The notes under the pieces: generated by a model
Told to the model about the DNA's origin: nothing
Database searches by the model: none
What the model saw: the letters and a program-made list of their open reading frames with translations, nothing else
Virus record (IMG/VR): IMGVR_UViG_3300035698_013504
Location: 64,001-128,000 of that record
DNA length: 64,000 nt
Reading direction: 5' to 3' (one strand)
Source of the DNA: a virus
Taxonomy: Duplodnaviria > Caudoviricetes
Program-made: the position numbers and the translations under genes
Part shown: in pieces, positions 36,773-46,462 of the stretch
How the letters are laid out: the number at the start of each line of letters is the position of its first letter
Position numbering within the stretch: position 1 is the first letter of the stretch

Positions 36773-38415
36773 TGCCAGGCGTTGACTGGTACAACCATAA
36801 CGAGCACATTGATTACCCGTTCCTTACGAACGAGGTATCCAGCTCGTCGTCTGCAGCTGGGTCAGACAACTACATTGACCTCCGGGCGGACGTTACCGAG
36901 TTTCAAGCTGGTTGGGGGACGTTCCCGGCCGCCTATGCGCCTGAGGACTGCATCGACTTCGATACGCGGCATCCGAGTATACCCGATACGTCCACTTACG
37001 TGTGGACTAATGTCGCTCCGGCTGTTATCTCCTTTACAGCGGTTGACGTATCTGTACCTATTACCGGCTACTCCGTATTCTTCTACGCCAATGTGCCTGT
37101 AGGAACCACGATGCTCCTCCGGGCGGCGGAGTCGACAACCGTAAACAGTGACGTGTACGTCGTAGGTACAGGGGTAGCTCAGTGGCACGAGTTAGAGGTC
37201 GATAAAGCTTTTTCCGCCGTCGACTTTAACACAATCGTCTACTACTTTGTCAACACGGTCGTGCCCTCGCCTGTACAGACTAAAATGTACGCGTTTCATG
37301 TGCGCGCGCATTATCTCGGCGAGCCTGTTAACACGATGCCCTACGAGGGTAGAGGCGTTATCGACGCTGGCTTCATTTTGGGCCCCAATGCGGGCTTCGA
37401 CGTGTCACAGCACCAAGTTTACCTCCACAGCGTCACGAAGACCGAAGACAACATCGAGTTCGACTTCCGCACCGACGCGGCCGAGTTCGACGGCTGGCGC
37501 TTTCTGTTTACGAGAGACTTCACGACAGCCTGCTTTGGGGAAACCGAGTATGTGGACGCTGAGGAGATACCGGTTTCATCCTCATCCTCATCCTCGTCGT
37601 CTTCGTCCCTATCGTCATCGAGTAGCAGTTACTCATCAAGTTCTTCATGGTCGTCGTCGAGCAGCAGCGATTCGTCTAGCTCTTCGTCCTCTTCATGGTC
37701 ATCGTCATCGTCGAGTAGTAGCGACTCGTCGAGTTCATCCTCATCTAACTCGTCGTCGTCTAGCTCCTCGTCGTCTTCGAACAGCAGCTCTTCTTACTCT
37801 TCCTCGTCAAGCGCGGAGAGTTGGAGCTCATCCAGCAGTAGCTGGTCGTCAACAGCGGCTACGTACAACTTCATGGGCCGAGCGTTCCTCGTTACCGGCG
37901 ACTTGTCCGAGTACGATGAGTTGGAAGAAGGAGAGACACTCTATGCCTTTGCCAACATCGAACCAGCATGTATCCAGACGCTTGCCAACAGCTATGTAAC
38001 CGGCATCACGCTCGCGAATGATGGACGCAGATGCCCTACGCTTTGCGGGAGTAGCAGCTCCACGATGGGAGACGAGACAACCTTCTATCACACGCGTAAT
38101 ATGCGCGGCGCCATCATCTTACGAGAAGGGCACAATTGCGAGCTGGTTATCAACCCCGGCAATAATCAAGTGGAAATCAACGCCAATCTGGAGTATGGTA
38201 GAGGACAGACGTGCGTCGACATCATTATCGACGAGGCTGGGTTCTCCAGCGGACAGCTGTGTGAGTCTTGCGACGACTTCGTTACGGACATTAACGGTGT
38301 AGGCATTGAGGCCACATCGTTCAACATTTCTGGAGACTTCGGGGTTAAGGTTGTCCCCGATGCAGCGGGTCACCGCCTTGTTATCGAACTGGCAACGAAT
38401 CTTTGTGGCGCGTAG
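36772..38415 (+). CDS. fibre paralog 5 with long poly-Ser
   Basis: WYNHNEHIDYPF N-terminus; CESCDDFVTDINGV module. Confidence 0.65.
   Translation: MPGVDWYNHNEHIDYPFLTNEVSSSSSAAGSDNYIDLRADVTEFQAGWGTFPAAYAPEDCIDFDTRHPSIPDTSTYVWTNVAPAVISFTAVDVSVPITGYSVFFYANVPVGTTMLLRAAESTTVNSDVYVVGTGVAQWHELEVDKAFSAVDFNTIVYYFVNTVVPSPVQTKMYAFHVRAHYLGEPVNTMPYEGRGVIDAGFILGPNAGFDVSQHQVYLHSVTKTEDNIEFDFRTDAAEFDGWRFLFTRDFTTACFGETEYVDAEEIPVSSSSSSSSSSSLSSSSSSYSSSSSWSSSSSSDSSSSSSSSWSSSSSSSSDSSSSSSSNSSSSSSSSSSNSSSSYSSSSSAESWSSSSSSWSSTAATYNFMGRAFLVTGDLSEYDELEEGETLYAFANIEPACIQTLANSYVTGITLANDGRRCPTLCGSSSSTMGDETTFYHTRNMRGAIILREGHNCELVINPGNNQVEINANLEYGRGQTCVDIIIDEAGFSSGQLCESCDDFVTDINGVGIEATSFNISGDFGVKVVPDAAGHRLVIELATNLCGA
37576..37851 (+). 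repeat. poly-serine tract (~92 aa)
   Basis: mixed Ser codons punctuated by W/Y/D/N. Confidence 0.9.
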
Positions 38416-38424
38416 CGGACAACT

Positions 38425-40197
38425 ATGACAAACGCATTTTCATCAAGATCAGGGTGCTCGCTACCGGCTATACCGGCTATCGATGGCAACCTGCTGCCCA
38501 GTTGCACACTTGAGCTGCCCCCGGACCCTATATTCGCTGGCAACTACTTTGATTTCCCCATCCCGCCGCCGCCGGACTTCCTTTTTGGATGTTACGAGTT
38601 CGGTTTCCAGCACACGGGCACCGCCTGGACAGATCTTCAGGCAGTAGCTGAAGAGTCATCCGCGTTTGCGACCCCGGACCTATGCAATCCTACGGTCGAC
38701 GTACTGGTCTTGCCTGACGACGAACTGGGGTGGTGTGACCCAAAGGTCACGTTTGATCTAAAAATCCCAGCTACGCACATTACGATCTTTAACCCGGAAC
38801 GTCCCAGCTGTAAACACACGCTTGGCCGTATTGACATAGTTGAGAACCCCGGTTGTCGGTCTGTGCTCTCGATGGTGTTAACGTGGGCTGAGGCGTGCTT
38901 TGCGCCTGAAGTAAGCTTTAGCCCGGTCATCATATCGCCGGAGCTGCCGTCTCCGATACTTCCTTCTCCCGACGTATCCATTGAGGTATCCCCCGACGTA
39001 TCCATATCTCCTGGGGTATCCATATCTCCTGGGGTATCCATATCTCCTGGGATATCTGTATCGCCTGAAATAACGCCCAGCCCCGACCCGCCGTGGTTCT
39101 CGCCTGCAATTTGTACCCCGTCTTTATGTTGCTTCGGTAACTTCTCGGAGTACTACGGCGGTGAGTGTTCTACCGAAGCGAACGAGGCCGTGTGGGACTC
39201 GCTGGGTGGCCTTGGCCAATGGAATATGCAGTGCGGTCCCGACTCCACTTGTTCCGACGAGTATGACTGCGTCTATTCCATTGAATCGATGTATGTAGAC
39301 GGATTATGTCAGATACACTGGTGCCTGGAAGATGACGGCTGCACCTCCCCTTCGCCGTCTCCGACACCGACGCCGACTCCCGAGCCGACCCCTACTCCCG
39401 AGCCGACTCCGACGCCAACTCCAGAGCCGACTCCGACTCCGACCCCAGAGCCGACTCCGACCCCAACTCCAGAGCCGACTCCGACCCCGACCCCAGAGCC
39501 GACTCCGACCCTAGAGCCGACTCCGACTCCGTCCTCCCTTAGCCCAGGCCCGCCAGGCTGGACATGCGTTGAGAGAATAGATAAAGATGCGCTCGGAGCT
39601 ACAACCAGTCATACAGCAAAATGTTGGGCCGACACTTCAAGGTGGTTCGACTGGTTTGATTTCGACAAAGAATACACATTCGGCGACGGGACGTTTATAT
39701 TCCACAGTCTTGGAAGCTACCCAGATGCTTTTGAGTGTGAATTCTATTGTGAAGTGTCGCCGTCGCCATCTCCGAGCCCGTCTCCGAGCCCATCTCCAAG
39801 CCCGTCTCCAAGCCCATCTCCGAGCCCGTCTCCAGAGGAGGGCACTCTTTATATAACGTTCTCGAATCTCCGGCACGGGTTCACGCCTAGAGAGGGAGAA
39901 CATATGCTCATTGGTAGCATGGTGGGTGGCTCGTGGATTGACCCGGGAGATACCAACACTAGGCTCACATGGATGGGTAGCTTCTGGCGCACAGAATTCA
40001 GCGTCAACTACAACTGTGCGTGCGGGTTTGCTGACTCCTCAGGTTTAGGTCGCTGGGACAACCCGTGGAATGGCGTCTATGACCAGATCCACGGCTGTGC
40101 AGACTCCAACTGCGACGGTCCTCTTGGTAACCAAAGTTGTGATGTAGCTGGAGATGAGCCCCCGTATACGTGTACGGTTTCACTTTACCCGGCGTAG
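38425..40197 (+). CDS. Cys-rich multidomain protein with Pro/Thr/Ser mucin-like linkers
   Basis: (VSISPG)3, (TP/EP)n and (SP)13 tracts separating small Cys/Trp-rich domains. Confidence 0.65.
   Translation: MTNAFSSRSGCSLPAIPAIDGNLLPSCTLELPPDPIFAGNYFDFPIPPPPDFLFGCYEFGFQHTGTAWTDLQAVAEESSAFATPDLCNPTVDVLVLPDDELGWCDPKVTFDLKIPATHITIFNPERPSCKHTLGRIDIVENPGCRSVLSMVLTWAEACFAPEVSFSPVIISPELPSPILPSPDVSIEVSPDVSISPGVSISPGVSISPGISVSPEITPSPDPPWFSPAICTPSLCCFGNFSEYYGGECSTEANEAVWDSLGGLGQWNMQCGPDSTCSDEYDCVYSIESMYVDGLCQIHWCLEDDGCTSPSPSPTPTPTPEPTPTPEPTPTPTPEPTPTPTPEPTPTPTPEPTPTPTPEPTPTLEPTPTPSSLSPGPPGWTCVERIDKDALGATTSHTAKCWADTSRWFDWFDFDKEYTFGDGTFIFHSLGSYPDAFECEFYCEVSPSPSPSPSPSPSPSPSPSPSPSPSPEEGTLYITFSNLRHGFTPREGEHMLIGSMVGGSWIDPGDTNTRLTWMGSFWRTEFSVNYNCACGFADSSGLGRWDNPWNGVYDQIHGCADSNCDGPLGNQSCDVAGDEPPYTCTVSLYPA
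38998..39051 (+). repeat. 3 perfect copies of the 18-mer GTATCCATATCTCCTGGG (VSISPG)
   Basis: direct reading of the sequence. Confidence 0.9.
39343..39531 (+). repeat. PTPTPEPT-type linker, ~24-nt units
   Basis: CCAGAGCCGACTCCGAC... units encoding ~63 aa of P/T/E/S. Confidence 0.9.
39757..39834 (+). repeat. (Ser-Pro)13 tract
   Basis: mixed-codon SP repeat. Confidence 0.9.
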
Positions 40198-40223
40198 TAG
40201 CTTGACCTGTTAAGGAAAACCCG

Positions 40224-40658
40224 ATGGACATACTAGAAGACATAGACGAACCGTACCCTAAAGTTATGCAGGACTTTGACGCGGCGAAGAAACTCAACTG
40301 CCCGCACATGAGGCCCATAAAGAACGGGCCACTATCTAACTGCGAGCTTATCGCAGAGCTGGGCGGTGGGGATCTGCCTTTTGTCGGATCCATTTGCCTT
40401 AGTTGCGCTGGCGGGCCGCACCCATTTACTAAAGAAAGCCCACGTCTTAGAACTCTTGCCGCGCAGAGCATTCGAGTCATGGTCCGCGCAAGGTGTAAAA
40501 CGATAACTGAGGACACGCTCCTCAAGAGTGTGCGAGCTATAAAGGTATACACGGACGTCAACACCGCTGGAGGCATTCTCGTTCAGTGGGTACGTGACGG
40601 TTTACCGCAAGACCTTGCCGTCAAAGCAGCAACTAAAGAACTTTCTGAATTGATGTAA
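40224..40658 (+). CDS. hypothetical Cys-containing protein
   Basis: AAGGA SD; CPH...C...CLSC motif. Confidence 0.6.
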   Translation: MDILEDIDEPYPKVMQDFDAAKKLNCPHMRPIKNGPLSNCELIAELGGGDLPFVGSICLSCAGGPHPFTKESPRLRTLAAQSIRVMVRARCKTITEDTLLKSVRAIKVYTDVNTAGGILVQWVRDGLPQDLAVKAATKELSELM

Positions 40659-40713
40659 AGGCATAACAACGGTACTATGTAGCTGCGGCGCAGCATATAG
40701 AGGAGATACACCG

Positions 40714-42888
40714 ATGGCGGAAGACAACATCCTGGCGCGTATCCACGCGGCAACACAGGAGCTCAGCACAAACGGGGAGCTAGACAGGCGGATACACGAA
40801 GAGCTTACTCCCGGCATCAAGACACGGGTAATAGGTCCGTGCGCTTACAGGGGCAACGAGAAAGAGGCGCGAGAGAAACCGTGTTGTGGGGGTAAGAAAA
40901 CACGGGAAATCCTTTTTGCCTGTAGTCACCCAGAAATTGCAGCCGGGGAATCCTGGTCCGCTATCTGTCAGCGCTGTAGGTTCATATCCCCGGTCGCAAG
41001 CCAACCAAACAGCCTGCTGGGCGCCAAACGCATACTTGTTATGCCGTGGGGAGACAAGGGATCTATCCGCAACCTAATCCAAGCCCTCGACAAAATGTCG
41101 TTTGACGTGTCGGTTCTCCAACGTGGTGGAGGTGAGTGGAAGGACGCCGCGGTTGAGAAACTGAAGAACGAGCACTTCGACCTTGTTGTAACCTGGCAAC
41201 GCCTTTATAGCATGGGCTGGTGCGAAGAGGTCAACAAGATCATTGACGCGCGGAACATCCCTAAGCTCATCTTGGACTTTGGCGTGTGGGACCACTACAA
41301 GTCGGCTATCGTCGACCCGGTTGGTGATAACGCCGAATCTGCGGTAGCCGGTAACTTCATTCGGTTACTGCAAAACCCCTTGCAAGCCAAAGCTACAACA
41401 GATGCAATGATACGGTTACCGGCAATGGTTGATACGGTTAAGGCGTCGGCCGAGATAGGGGCGACGTATCTGGACGATGCAAACCTGTCCGGTCTTCCTA
41501 AAGACTTTATGCTTCTGCTTCTGCAGCGTACAGGAGACCAAGTACTTCTACGAGACGCTCCAAAGTCTAGGCAGGATCAAAGCCGTGTCGCCCGAGATAT
41601 CATTGCTGAGGCAAGACTCGCAGGCAAGTTTGTGGTTGTCAAGCCCCACCCGTTTGATAAGCCTTTAGAGGGCGTAGAGGCATCTGGGCCGCATCACCGG
41701 CTAGTAACAAACTTGACGATGGGAGATCAGAACACCGCGGTACTGTCGCATCTGCTGCTTAACTGCGAGCGGATGATCACCGTGAACTCCACAACAATCT
41801 TTATGGCCCAGTTGCTAGGCGTACCTGTATTCACGCTTGGTAAAGGCTGGTTTTCTGGGAACAGAGTTGCAAATGAACCCCCGCTGATTCGCGGTGCGGT
41901 TCTTGATAAGAATGCAGTAGACGTAGAGTACGCCAAGAAGTTCTTCGCGTTTATGTATAGCCGACAACTAACAATCGGTGAGTGTGGCGAGCCGGAAGCC
42001 GTGCTCAGGATCCTGAAGCTCATGCACCCGTCTTTGCTAGAGTCTTCGGAGGTGCAATCAAGCTCGTCGCCAGAGCCTCCAAAGGTTCCGACGCCGCAAA
42101 TCACGATGCCTACTATCAACGCCCAGGCCTTGTCGAAGACCCTAAAGCCCGCCCCACGCTCTGAGATGAAAGACGTTACCGCCATGCTGTTGACATGGAA
42201 GAGAGACTCCGCGCAGCAAGTAGTTAACTCTTTGCGCGACTCGGGCGTACAGAACATCTGGATATGGTGCAATGAGGGCGCAGCTGTACCTGATGGGGTC
42301 GATGTGTCCATCGTGTCTTCTACCAACCTAGGTAACTGGCAGCGTTTTGCGATGGCGCCGCTGGTTCCAACTTCACACATCCTTTATTGCGACGACGACT
42401 GTACGATTACGCCTGCCGGTATTCAGGCCCTTTCCAAGGGTATGGCGACGTTCCCCAACAACGTACTTGGTTTATGGGGGTGGGCGTTTAACCCGTCGTT
42501 CGAACACTACCGCCAGCGGGAGGAATTTCATAGCCACACGCTGCAGGGACATCAAGCGATGTATGCCGATATGATCTCCCCGTGTGGAATGCTCGCGCCG
42601 CGTATCGCTATCCAAGAGGCTATGGGTAAGGTTAACTACTGGAACACAGCCCTGAAGATATTTGGCGACCACACGTTGGACGATATGACACTTTGCCTGG
42701 CGATGTCGAAATGCGGATGTGGCAGGCCCGCTGTCGTACAGGGTGAGGGGGCCGGACTCAAGTTTATCAAAGACACCGCCCCCGCGTCTTCACTCGCTCT
42801 GAAACCGGGCCGTCGAGAGATACTATACACAGAGACACTTCCGGCGTTCCGCGGAATCGGATGGAGTCCGATTAAAGAGGGGAAGTAA
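40714..42888 (+). CDS. multidomain glycosyltransferase: Cys-rich N-terminus + capsule-biosynthesis (KpsS-like GT-B) domain + GT-A domain
   Basis: VVKPHP, ITVNSTT...LLGVPVFTLG (KpsS/KpsC-like); YCDDD DxD motif in the C-terminal domain. Confidence 0.7.
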   Translation: MAEDNILARIHAATQELSTNGELDRRIHEELTPGIKTRVIGPCAYRGNEKEAREKPCCGGKKTREILFACSHPEIAAGESWSAICQRCRFISPVASQPNSLLGAKRILVMPWGDKGSIRNLIQALDKMSFDVSVLQRGGGEWKDAAVEKLKNEHFDLVVTWQRLYSMGWCEEVNKIIDARNIPKLILDFGVWDHYKSAIVDPVGDNAESAVAGNFIRLLQNPLQAKATTDAMIRLPAMVDTVKASAEIGATYLDDANLSGLPKDFMLLLLQRTGDQVLLRDAPKSRQDQSRVARDIIAEARLAGKFVVVKPHPFDKPLEGVEASGPHHRLVTNLTMGDQNTAVLSHLLLNCERMITVNSTTIFMAQLLGVPVFTLGKGWFSGNRVANEPPLIRGAVLDKNAVDVEYAKKFFAFMYSRQLTIGECGEPEAVLRILKLMHPSLLESSEVQSSSSPEPPKVPTPQITMPTINAQALSKTLKPAPRSEMKDVTAMLLTWKRDSAQQVVNSLRDSGVQNIWIWCNEGAAVPDGVDVSIVSSTNLGNWQRFAMAPLVPTSHILYCDDDCTITPAGIQALSKGMATFPNNVLGLWGWAFNPSFEHYRQREEFHSHTLQGHQAMYADMISPCGMLAPRIAIQEAMGKVNYWNTALKIFGDHTLDDMTLCLAMSKCGCGRPAVVQGEGAGLKFIKDTAPASSLALKPGRREILYTETLPAFRGIGWSPIKEGK

Positions 42889-42893
42889 CAGCT

Positions 42894-43796
42894 ATGGGAA
42901 GCCTGTTAGATCGCATCAAGGATGCAGCACCCAAAGATCTGAAGCCTTACGTGCCGCCCGCCGATGATATGAAGGGGGCGCACATCTATATTCTATCGCA
43001 CGAGCGATATGAGCTGCTACGATGTTGTTTGGCGTCTGTATGCGCGTCTCCAATGACGTGCTATATCCATGTTATTGATGACTCGAGTCAAGATCCCCGC
43101 GTGATGAAACTGATATGCGCGTATCTTGAAGCGGGGCTCATTAAATCTGTTACTACCACTCCGCATCATCTGAAGCACGGCTGGTCGCGCCGTCTGATGA
43201 TGAACCATTTTGACGTAGATGATGCGCACACACTCATGCAGCTCGATGGAGATATTGTTGTGCCGCCAGGCGGCTGTGAACGTATGATCTCGATATTTCG
43301 TCAGCTTCATCAAAAGGCTGATGTACAGTGGCTTGGCGCGTGCCATATGGAGTATTTCTATGGTAAACCGAAGAATACACAAGAGGTCATTTCCGGTGAC
43401 GAGAGATATTTGATCGAACGCTTAACCCGCAATGCGAGTGAGGCCGCTTTCGTTATGTCAAAAGAAGCGGTCCGGTATAAACCTGCGCTAGATACGGTGG
43501 GGCCTCCTAGAACGCATCTCGGTAATTTTATTGTAAAGGTCGCGGAGATGGGAGTGACAGCAACCTTGATCACTCCGCCTATTCGGTTTCAACATATGGG
43601 GGCGTTTGATTCAATCGTTTGGCCGGGGCGCCCGTGGCCTCGCTACCTCTTTCGCGGCCTAGATGGTAAGCCATGGCAGCCCTTTGAGTGGTGTGAAATA
43701 GACTACAAGGAGATGGAAAGCCGCTACCCAAAATCCGTGAAAGAGTTGTCGGATAGAATTATCGAACACGCAGAAGTGGAGCTCCCAAGTGTCTAA
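42894..43796 (+). CDS. GT2-like (GT-A) glycosyltransferase
   Basis: HVIDDSSQD and QLDGD motifs, FQHMG. Confidence 0.7.
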   Translation: MGSLLDRIKDAAPKDLKPYVPPADDMKGAHIYILSHERYELLRCCLASVCASPMTCYIHVIDDSSQDPRVMKLICAYLEAGLIKSVTTTPHHLKHGWSRRLMMNHFDVDDAHTLMQLDGDIVVPPGGCERMISIFRQLHQKADVQWLGACHMEYFYGKPKNTQEVISGDERYLIERLTRNASEAAFVMSKEAVRYKPALDTVGPPRTHLGNFIVKVAEMGVTATLITPPIRFQHMGAFDSIVWPGRPWPRYLFRGLDGKPWQPFEWCEIDYKEMESRYPKSVKELSDRIIEHAEVELPSV

Positions 43797-45342
43797 TATC
43801 GTTGAACGTATCACAGCAGCGTCATCGTTTCAACAAGGTAGGGCAATCCAAGAGAGTAGGACAAAGGAAACCAGCGGAACCTCGCGGGTCATGAAGTTTC
43901 CGAAAGCTATTCGACACAAAGACTTTAGGATGTACGCCGCATCAATTCTGAATTCGGCGAAGTTCGCCGGTATCGATATCGTTTACGAGTCAGGTAGAAT
44001 CTCACCTGTAACGGGTCTTGTCTTCATCACGCTGAACGGCATTGACGCGATTATTGACTACGCGGACGGGCTAACTACCAGGTGCCCCGATGTCACAACT
44101 CCGGTGTTCAGATTCAACTACACGCCATTAGCGCCAAATCCACGCAACACTTACGCGTTTGTACCGCTGACTTTTTACGATTGGAACAGCTTCAACCAGA
44201 TGCGAGAGTCTCTACCGAAGAAAAGAAACACAACACAGATTATTGCGACACAGCGCATTTTTCCGCCCCGTCTACTTTGGGATGATTATTTTGATACTGT
44301 TGGCGTGGCAGCCCAGTTACCTATTCGTCGACCGGCGGCGTGCGGTCTAAACAACCACCCACGGGAATACGTCCGGGGTATACTAGAGCCCCATATTGGT
44401 AAGCGGTTCATTTGGAAACGAGAGAGCCGCGACGTCTTTCTTCAGCAGCTAGTTGACCATTTGTTTACGTTCCACGTGCCGGGTACGAGGTTTGGTATTC
44501 TAGACCGGACAGTTTCTGAACACATGGCGTTTGGCGGTTGTGCTATATCGTCTCAGATCCTCACCGAGCTGCCCTATGGGCAGAAGCTTATCCCCGGTGT
44601 ACACTACGTTCAGTGCGCAGACGACTTCTCCGATGTTTTAGAGGTCACCGATTGGTGTTTACAGAATGTGGATAAATGTGTGGCGATAGGTCAAAACGCA
44701 ATGAAACTGTTCGATGCTACCTATCGACCGGCCAAGGTATGGGATTGGGTGTATAACATGATAACGAATGATGATACCGAGAGTGACGCACGTAGGGTGT
44801 TTAATACACGACTGGCTAAGGTAAGAGCCGACAGAATCAACATGCAACAAAATGTCGAGGAGCTGTTTTCCGCGTTCATGGAAATGTGGAAGATTCATCC
44901 AAGTCGATTTATGGAGATAGGATCACTTAACGGCGGCTCCCTCTATATACTCGCCGGAGCATGTGCGCCGGGCGCTGTAATAGCCTGTTTCGATATTAAA
45001 CGAGTTACTAAACGCCAAGCGATACTTGACGATTTACGCCGAGAGGGGTTTTTGACGTATGAACAAATTGGCGACAGCGGCTCGATGCAGACTCTCGACC
45101 GATTCAAAAAGATGTTTCCTCGCGGTTTAGACGCTTTACACATTGACGGGGATCATGGTAAACCAAACTGTTTCCTTGACTTTGAGTGGTATGGAACATC
45201 AGTACGTAACGGAGGCCTGGTTCTTATCCACGACATAGCGACTAAGTTTGAGTGTGCGGAAGCGTGGCTGGAATTACGACATCGATACCGACACGCCGAG
45301 TATAAAAACGGGGGGCAAGGGATGGGCGTTCTATTTGTTTAG
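43789..45342 (+). CDS. glycosyltransferase-like domain fused to a class I SAM methyltransferase (Methyltransf_24-like)
   Basis: N-terminal ...RTVSEHMAFG...LIPGVHYV...DFSD (GT1_2/GT90-like); C-terminal FMEIGSLNGGS, DALHIDGDH, GGLVLIHD. Confidence 0.7.
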   Translation: MSNIVERITAASSFQQGRAIQESRTKETSGTSRVMKFPKAIRHKDFRMYAASILNSAKFAGIDIVYESGRISPVTGLVFITLNGIDAIIDYADGLTTRCPDVTTPVFRFNYTPLAPNPRNTYAFVPLTFYDWNSFNQMRESLPKKRNTTQIIATQRIFPPRLLWDDYFDTVGVAAQLPIRRPAACGLNNHPREYVRGILEPHIGKRFIWKRESRDVFLQQLVDHLFTFHVPGTRFGILDRTVSEHMAFGGCAISSQILTELPYGQKLIPGVHYVQCADDFSDVLEVTDWCLQNVDKCVAIGQNAMKLFDATYRPAKVWDWVYNMITNDDTESDARRVFNTRLAKVRADRINMQQNVEELFSAFMEMWKIHPSRFMEIGSLNGGSLYILAGACAPGAVIACFDIKRVTKRQAILDDLRREGFLTYEQIGDSGSMQTLDRFKKMFPRGLDALHIDGDHGKPNCFLDFEWYGTSVRNGGLVLIHDIATKFECAEAWLELRHRYRHAEYKNGGQGMGVLFV

Positions 45343-45372
45343 AGACCGCGGACAGTTTACGACCTAAGATAC

Positions 45373-45401
45373 TTGACTCGTAGCGACTGCGTTGCTAAAC
45401 T
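45373..45401 (+). promoter_or_regulatory. sigma70-type promoter
   Basis: TTGACT-N17-TAAACT with extended -10 TG at 45393-45394, upstream of the GT9 gene. Confidence 0.55.
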
Positions 45402-45425
45402 CAGAGGAACTAAACCCCATAGGAG

Positions 45426-46433
45426 GTGGCCATGCCAGAATCAGTTCTCGTGATAAATAAGCAGAGCCCCGGCGACTACATTGTTATGAGCTCAGCAATT
45501 CGCGACCTAGCTCGTAGGCACCCGGGTAGGTACAGGGTAGCGGTCAAGACGGCCACGAAGGACGTGTGGCGCGAGAACCCCTACATCGAACACGAGCCCC
45601 TCCCCGTCGAGCCAAAGCCCAACGCCTTCAAGGCGGGTTACCCTCTGATCCATAAGTCGAATCAGGAGCGTGTCCACTTTATGTGGGGCTTCATCGAGGA
45701 CATGAACCGCCACCTCCAGCTCGACGGGTCTCCAGGTCAAGAGCAGGTGGTGCTGACTGAGTTTCGACCCGACCTGCACCTGACGGACGAGGAGAAGTCA
45801 GTCCGCCCGTTCAAGGAGCCCTACTGGGTCATGGCGTCTGGCGGCAAGTACGACTTCACCGCCAAGTGGTGGAACCCCGCAAGGTGGCAGACGGTCGTCG
45901 ACAGCCTAGCCAAGCAGCATGTCCTGTGTGTCCAAGTAGGCGAGCAAGGGCATTACCACCCAAAGATGGCGGGTACGATCGACATGGTGGGCAAGACGCG
46001 CTTCAGAGACCTCATGAAGCTGATCTATCACGCTGAAGGCGTTATGTGCGTCGTCACGTGTCTTATGCACATCGCGGCTGCATTTAACCGCCCGTGCGTC
46101 GTTGTGGCTGGCGGTAGAGAGCCCTGGTGGTGGGAAGCTTACACCGCGGAGAATCGACTGACCAACATGCGGCGAGGCATACCCGACTGGAACCCGCCGG
46201 AGACAGACTTCTTTATCCCTCACCGATACATCCATACCTGTGGCCAGCTGGACTGCTGCAAGGCAGGTGGGTGTTGGAAGGGTAGCGTTGTGACGAACAA
46301 GGAGAAGGACAGGTGCAAAGCTCCCTACCTTGACGATGGCGCCACGATCCCACAATGCCTGGCGATGATTACGCCCGAGCTGGTTCACCAGTGTGTGATG
46401 AGCTATTACGAGGACGGCACGCTCACTCGATAG
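45426..46433 (+). CDS. GT9-family (ADP-heptose heptosyltransferase-like) glycosyltransferase
   Basis: SPGDYIV; IDMVGKT...LIYHAEGVMCVVTCLMHIAAAFNRPCVVVAGG GT9 signature. Confidence 0.8.
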   Translation: MAMPESVLVINKQSPGDYIVMSSAIRDLARRHPGRYRVAVKTATKDVWRENPYIEHEPLPVEPKPNAFKAGYPLIHKSNQERVHFMWGFIEDMNRHLQLDGSPGQEQVVLTEFRPDLHLTDEEKSVRPFKEPYWVMASGGKYDFTAKWWNPARWQTVVDSLAKQHVLCVQVGEQGHYHPKMAGTIDMVGKTRFRDLMKLIYHAEGVMCVVTCLMHIAAAFNRPCVVVAGGREPWWWEAYTAENRLTNMRRGIPDWNPPETDFFIPHRYIHTCGQLDCCKAGGCWKGSVVTNKEKDRCKAPYLDDGATIPQCLAMITPELVHQCVMSYYEDGTLTR

Positions 46434-46449
46434 CAACGTGTTACAGAAA
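46431..46449. promoter_or_regulatory. conserved intergenic imperfect palindrome, copy 3
   Basis: TAGCAACGTGTTACAGAAA, identical to 48926-48944. Confidence 0.55.
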
Positions 46450-46462
46450 CAGGAGAACACCG

